From an uncultured Acidimicrobiaceae bacterium (lineage in GTDB: Bacteria > Actinomycetota > Acidimicrobiia > Acidimicrobiales > Bog-793), in NCBI GenBank assembly GCA_963807575.1, contig CAWECD010000013.1, positions 21,703 to 85,702 of the forward strand: 64,000 bases of DNA. The letters run 5' to 3'. Position 1 is the first letter of the stretch; each line of letters opens with the position of its first letter. The notes under the pieces were generated by a model. It saw only the letters and a list, made by a program, of their open reading frames with translations, was not told the origin of the DNA and searched no databases. Shown in pieces: positions 61,149 to 64,000 of this stretch. The translations under genes and the position numbers were made by a program.

Positions 61149-61394
61149 CTCTCGCGAACGTCCCGCATCGCCGGCTGATCCGTTTGTCGACTGTGCCCCC
61201 GGTCCCGCGGGGGATGCGATCCCTACCCGTGCGGTCGCGGGCGCCTGAGTAAGTCGCGTTGGCATTCGGCGCGACGTTCTGCTCGCGCTCGCCCCAACCA
61301 GGACTGCTTCGCTAGCCCGTGTCCGATGGGCGAGCGGTCGATGTGGTGTCGCGTCCGCGAATGGCTCTTATCCGTTGGCCAACGTCGATAGTCG

Positions 61395-62372
61395 TCAGAC
61401 CGCGACGACGACCTTGCCGCCAGGATGACCTTGCGCCAGGTACTGGATGGCCTCGGGCGCCTCATGCAGCAGGAATGTCCTGTCGATGACCGGTGTGACC
61501 TTCCCTTCCTCGATCATCGTGGTCAGGTACTCCAGGTCTTCGGTGCGCTCCTTCGCGGTCACAGCTCGCAGTCGCTGGTCCGAGAACAGCGACCGAAGGG
61601 GTGCCCGCAGAATCTGGCGGTCGAAGCCACCGAGCCAGCGGTCGCCTCCTTCGCCGCCGACGATCGCCAGGGTGCCGTGCGGCATGAGTGCCCGGCGAAG
61701 CAAGGACAGGGGACGGCGCCCGGCGGTGTCGAGGATCAGGTCAAACTGCGGTCCGTGCGCGTCCACCTCCTCGCGGGTGTAGTCGATCACATCGTCGGCG
61801 CCGATGGACCGGACAAGGTCGGTCTTCGTCGTGCTGCACATACCCGTCACGCGGGCACCGAACGCGTGGGCCAGTTGGACGGCGAAGGATCCGACGCCGC
61901 CTGCCGCGCCGATGACCAGCACAGACTGGCCTGGCTGCACGTGTCCGACATCACGCAACCCCTGCAGCGCGGTCATGCCCGAGATGGGCACCGCCGCAGC
62001 CTGCTCGAAGATCAGATTGGCGGGCTTGCGGGCAAGGTCGCTCTCCCGCGAACGCGCAAACTCAGAGAAGGAGCCGAAGGTGCTCACGCCGTAGACCTCA
62101 TCACCCGGAATGAACTGGGTCACGCGGCTACCCACGGCCTCGACGACACCGGAGAGGTCGCGGCCTCGCACAGGCACCTTCGGGCGGCGGACACCCATCC
62201 CCATGAGGCGCACTAGGTAGGGAAGACCCGTCATGAGATGCCATACCCCGGGGTCGACACCGGCCGCCCGCACTCGCACCAGGACTTCGCCGTCGCCGAT
62301 TACTGGTATTTCGATGTCCGCCAACCGCAAGGTGTCGGTCGATCCGTAGACGTCCTGCACAATCGCCTTCAT
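61395..62372 (-). CDS. NAD(P)-dependent MDR-family oxidoreductase
   Basis: MKAIVQDVYG, GAAGGVG, GADDVIDY and GKVTPVIDR motifs. Confidence 0.9.
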   Translation of the reverse strand: MKAIVQDVYGSTDTLRLADIEIPVIGDGEVLVRVRAAGVDPGVWHLMTGLPYLVRLMGMGVRRPKVPVRGRDLSGVVEAVGSRVTQFIPGDEVYGVSTFGSFSEFARSRESDLARKPANLIFEQAAAVPISGMTALQGLRDVGHVQPGQSVLVIGAAGGVGSFAVQLAHAFGARVTGMCSTTKTDLVRSIGADDVIDYTREEVDAHGPQFDLILDTAGRRPLSLLRRALMPHGTLAIVGGEGGDRWLGGFDRQILRAPLRSLFSDQRLRAVTAKERTEDLEYLTTMIEEGKVTPVIDRTFLLHEAPEAIQYLAQGHPGGKVVVAV

Positions 62373-62611
62373 TCCAGATCCTCCGTCGTCCCCTCTACCC
62401 TGAGTCTCCTCTAAGGCCGGAGGTCGCGCCAGAACGACGACCATTGGGTTGCGCGGATCACAGCTAGACAGCACCAGAGTCGTTACGCGCTTAGGCAATG
62501 TGAGCTGTTCGATCCACGCGAGCGAGAGCATTCCCTGAGCCCAGATGACCTGCAAGAATGCGGCTCGGCTACCTTCCTGCTCGTCGCGAATCGGGCGCGG
62601 GTCAGAGATCC

Positions 62612-63088
62612 TCATGAAGGTCCTGCTCGGCCAGGTCTGGGCTGCTGCAGTTCACCGGCCGCCAGCGACGCTGCGTCTGCGGCAGCTTGAAGGAAGCTCC
62701 GGATGGCTTCTCTGTGCTCAGCTGGGACCTGGGCAGCAATCGTCCTGATCCGGGTGTGGTAGTTGACCAATCCGGCAGGCGTTCGGTCGGCGGCCTGCCC
62801 TGACAGCTCGACCAGGATGTAACGGCGGTCGCTTGGATGGCGACGGCGCCGTACCCAGCCCCCGTCTTCAAGCCGGTCGACGAGCATCGTGATCGCCCCG
62901 GAGGTGAGCGACAACCGATCGCCCAGCTGGCGTTGCGTCAGCGGCCCGTCAGCCTCCAGATGCTCGAGGGCGTCGAGGTCCGTCGCGCTGATAGCCGCTC
63001 CGCTCGCAAGCACGGCTCGCATGCGGTCTCGTTCCAGGCCGAACCGCTGGAGGCTAGCTGCCATCTCATCGGGGCTGGGTGTCTTCAT
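62612..63088 (-). CDS. MarR-family regulator
   Basis: LTSGAITMLVDRLE..GWV.R..HPSDRR. Confidence 0.9.
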   Translation of the reverse strand: MKTPSPDEMAASLQRFGLERDRMRAVLASGAAISATDLDALEHLEADGPLTQRQLGDRLSLTSGAITMLVDRLEDGGWVRRRRHPSDRRYILVELSGQAADRTPAGLVNYHTRIRTIAAQVPAEHREAIRSFLQAAADAASLAAGELQQPRPGRAGPS

Positions 63089-63118
63089 TTGACTTCAGTA
63101 TAGCGAATTCGTATGCTA

Positions 63119-63131
63119 CTTAGCAACTAAG
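63119..63131. promoter_or_regulatory. putative MarR operator
   Basis: CTTAG-CAA-CTAAG palindrome in the AT-rich divergent intergenic region. Confidence 0.5.
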
Positions 63132-63162
63132 CTACCGACTAACTAAACAATAGGAGTCCTCA

Positions 63163-64000
63163 ATGATCAAACCTACTTCCACTGGTGCCTCAACCCTGGT
63201 AGGGCCCGAGATCGATGTGAAGGCCCTCTCCAAGACCTACCCGGGCGGAGTAGAGGCAGTGAAGAGTGTCGACTTTCAGGTCGAAGCCGGAGAAGCGTTC
63301 GGGCTGCTCGGTCCCAACGGTGCCGGCAAGTCGACCACGATCGGCATGCTCGCCACCACGATCACTCCTACGAGCGGGACCGCCCGACTGGCGGGTTTTG
63401 ACGTCGCCACCAAGCCGATCGCGGCGCGAGCAGTCAGTGCCGTGGTGTTCCAGGATGCGGTCGTCGATCGATCCCTGACCGGGCGACGCAACCTGGACAC
63501 CCACGCCCGACTATGGGGTCTGGACCAGGCGACTGCCAAAGCCCGCATCAGCGACGTCGTGGACGCCTTCGACCTCGGCGGGCTCATCGATCGACCGGCG
63601 CACAGCTACAGCGGCGGTCAGCGGCGACGCCTCGAAATCGCTCGGGCGCTGGTTTCAGCCCCCCGAGTTCTGTTCCTCGATGAGCCGACAGTCGGCCTCG
63701 ACCCGCGGATTCGCCATGAGCTGCTCGATTTGCTCGGAGGACTACGGGCTCGGACCGAGATCACGGTGCTGGTCACTACTCACTACCTGGAGGAGGTCCA
63801 GCAGCTGTGTGATCGGGTCGCCATCATGCACAAAGGCCAGATCGCTGCTGTGGGCTCACCAACCGCGCTCAAGGCCGGTCTCGGCTTGGAATTGGTGGAA
63901 CTACACGTGGACGGCGACATGTCGTCGACCCTTGCGACTCTTCGCTCTCGGGGGCTCGCAGGCGACGACGCCTTCAGCATCGGCACCACTATCACGATCC
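63163..64000 (+). CDS. DrrA-like ABC transporter ATP-binding protein (runs off window)
   Basis: AGGAG RBS; GPNGAGKST, YSGGQRRR, LFLDEPT and TTHYLEE motifs. Confidence 0.9.
   Translation, partial: MIKPTSTGASTLVGPEIDVKALSKTYPGGVEAVKSVDFQVEAGEAFGLLGPNGAGKSTTIGMLATTITPTSGTARLAGFDVATKPIAARAVSAVVFQDAVVDRSLTGRRNLDTHARLWGLDQATAKARISDVVDAFDLGGLIDRPAHSYSGGQRRRLEIARALVSAPRVLFLDEPTVGLDPRIRHELLDLLGGLRARTEITVLVTTHYLEEVQQLCDRVAIMHKGQIAAVGSPTALKAGLGLELVELHVDGDMSSTLATLRSRGLAGDDAFSIGTTITI

Overview
High-GC actinobacterial chromosome segment; gene content suggests Acidimicrobiia, which is an inference. Bases 1-26970 are core genome: purA-purB; the crgA-trpG/pabA-pknB-pbpA-pstP-fhaB-fhaA-tRNA-Leu cell-division/signalling cluster (with no rodA or pknA); a cold-shock gene; two ECF sigma/anti-sigma pairs; CBS/CGL transsulfuration genes; pccB with a probable epsilon subunit; mce; recR-ybaB-dnaX; SRP RNA; and tRNA-Ser(GGA). 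From tRNA-Ser to the window end is an accessory region. A first 12.8-kb island is bounded by a 48-bp exact repeat of the tRNA-Ser 3' half and has paired arm-type repeats but no recognisable integrase. Four further same-orientation, degenerate ~290-400-bp repeats follow (43.3, 48.5, 54.9 and 58.2 kb). Each carries a decayed tRNA-Ser-like 3' end immediately followed by a CGTTGT-N7-ACAACG palindrome, and they separate small regulator-plus-cargo modules. This looks like a tRNA-anchored array of integrase-free cassettes and is the main candidate for an undescribed system. An intact IS21 splits a GGDEF/EAL gene, and a single-ORF IS66-family element is also present. All alignments were done by eye.
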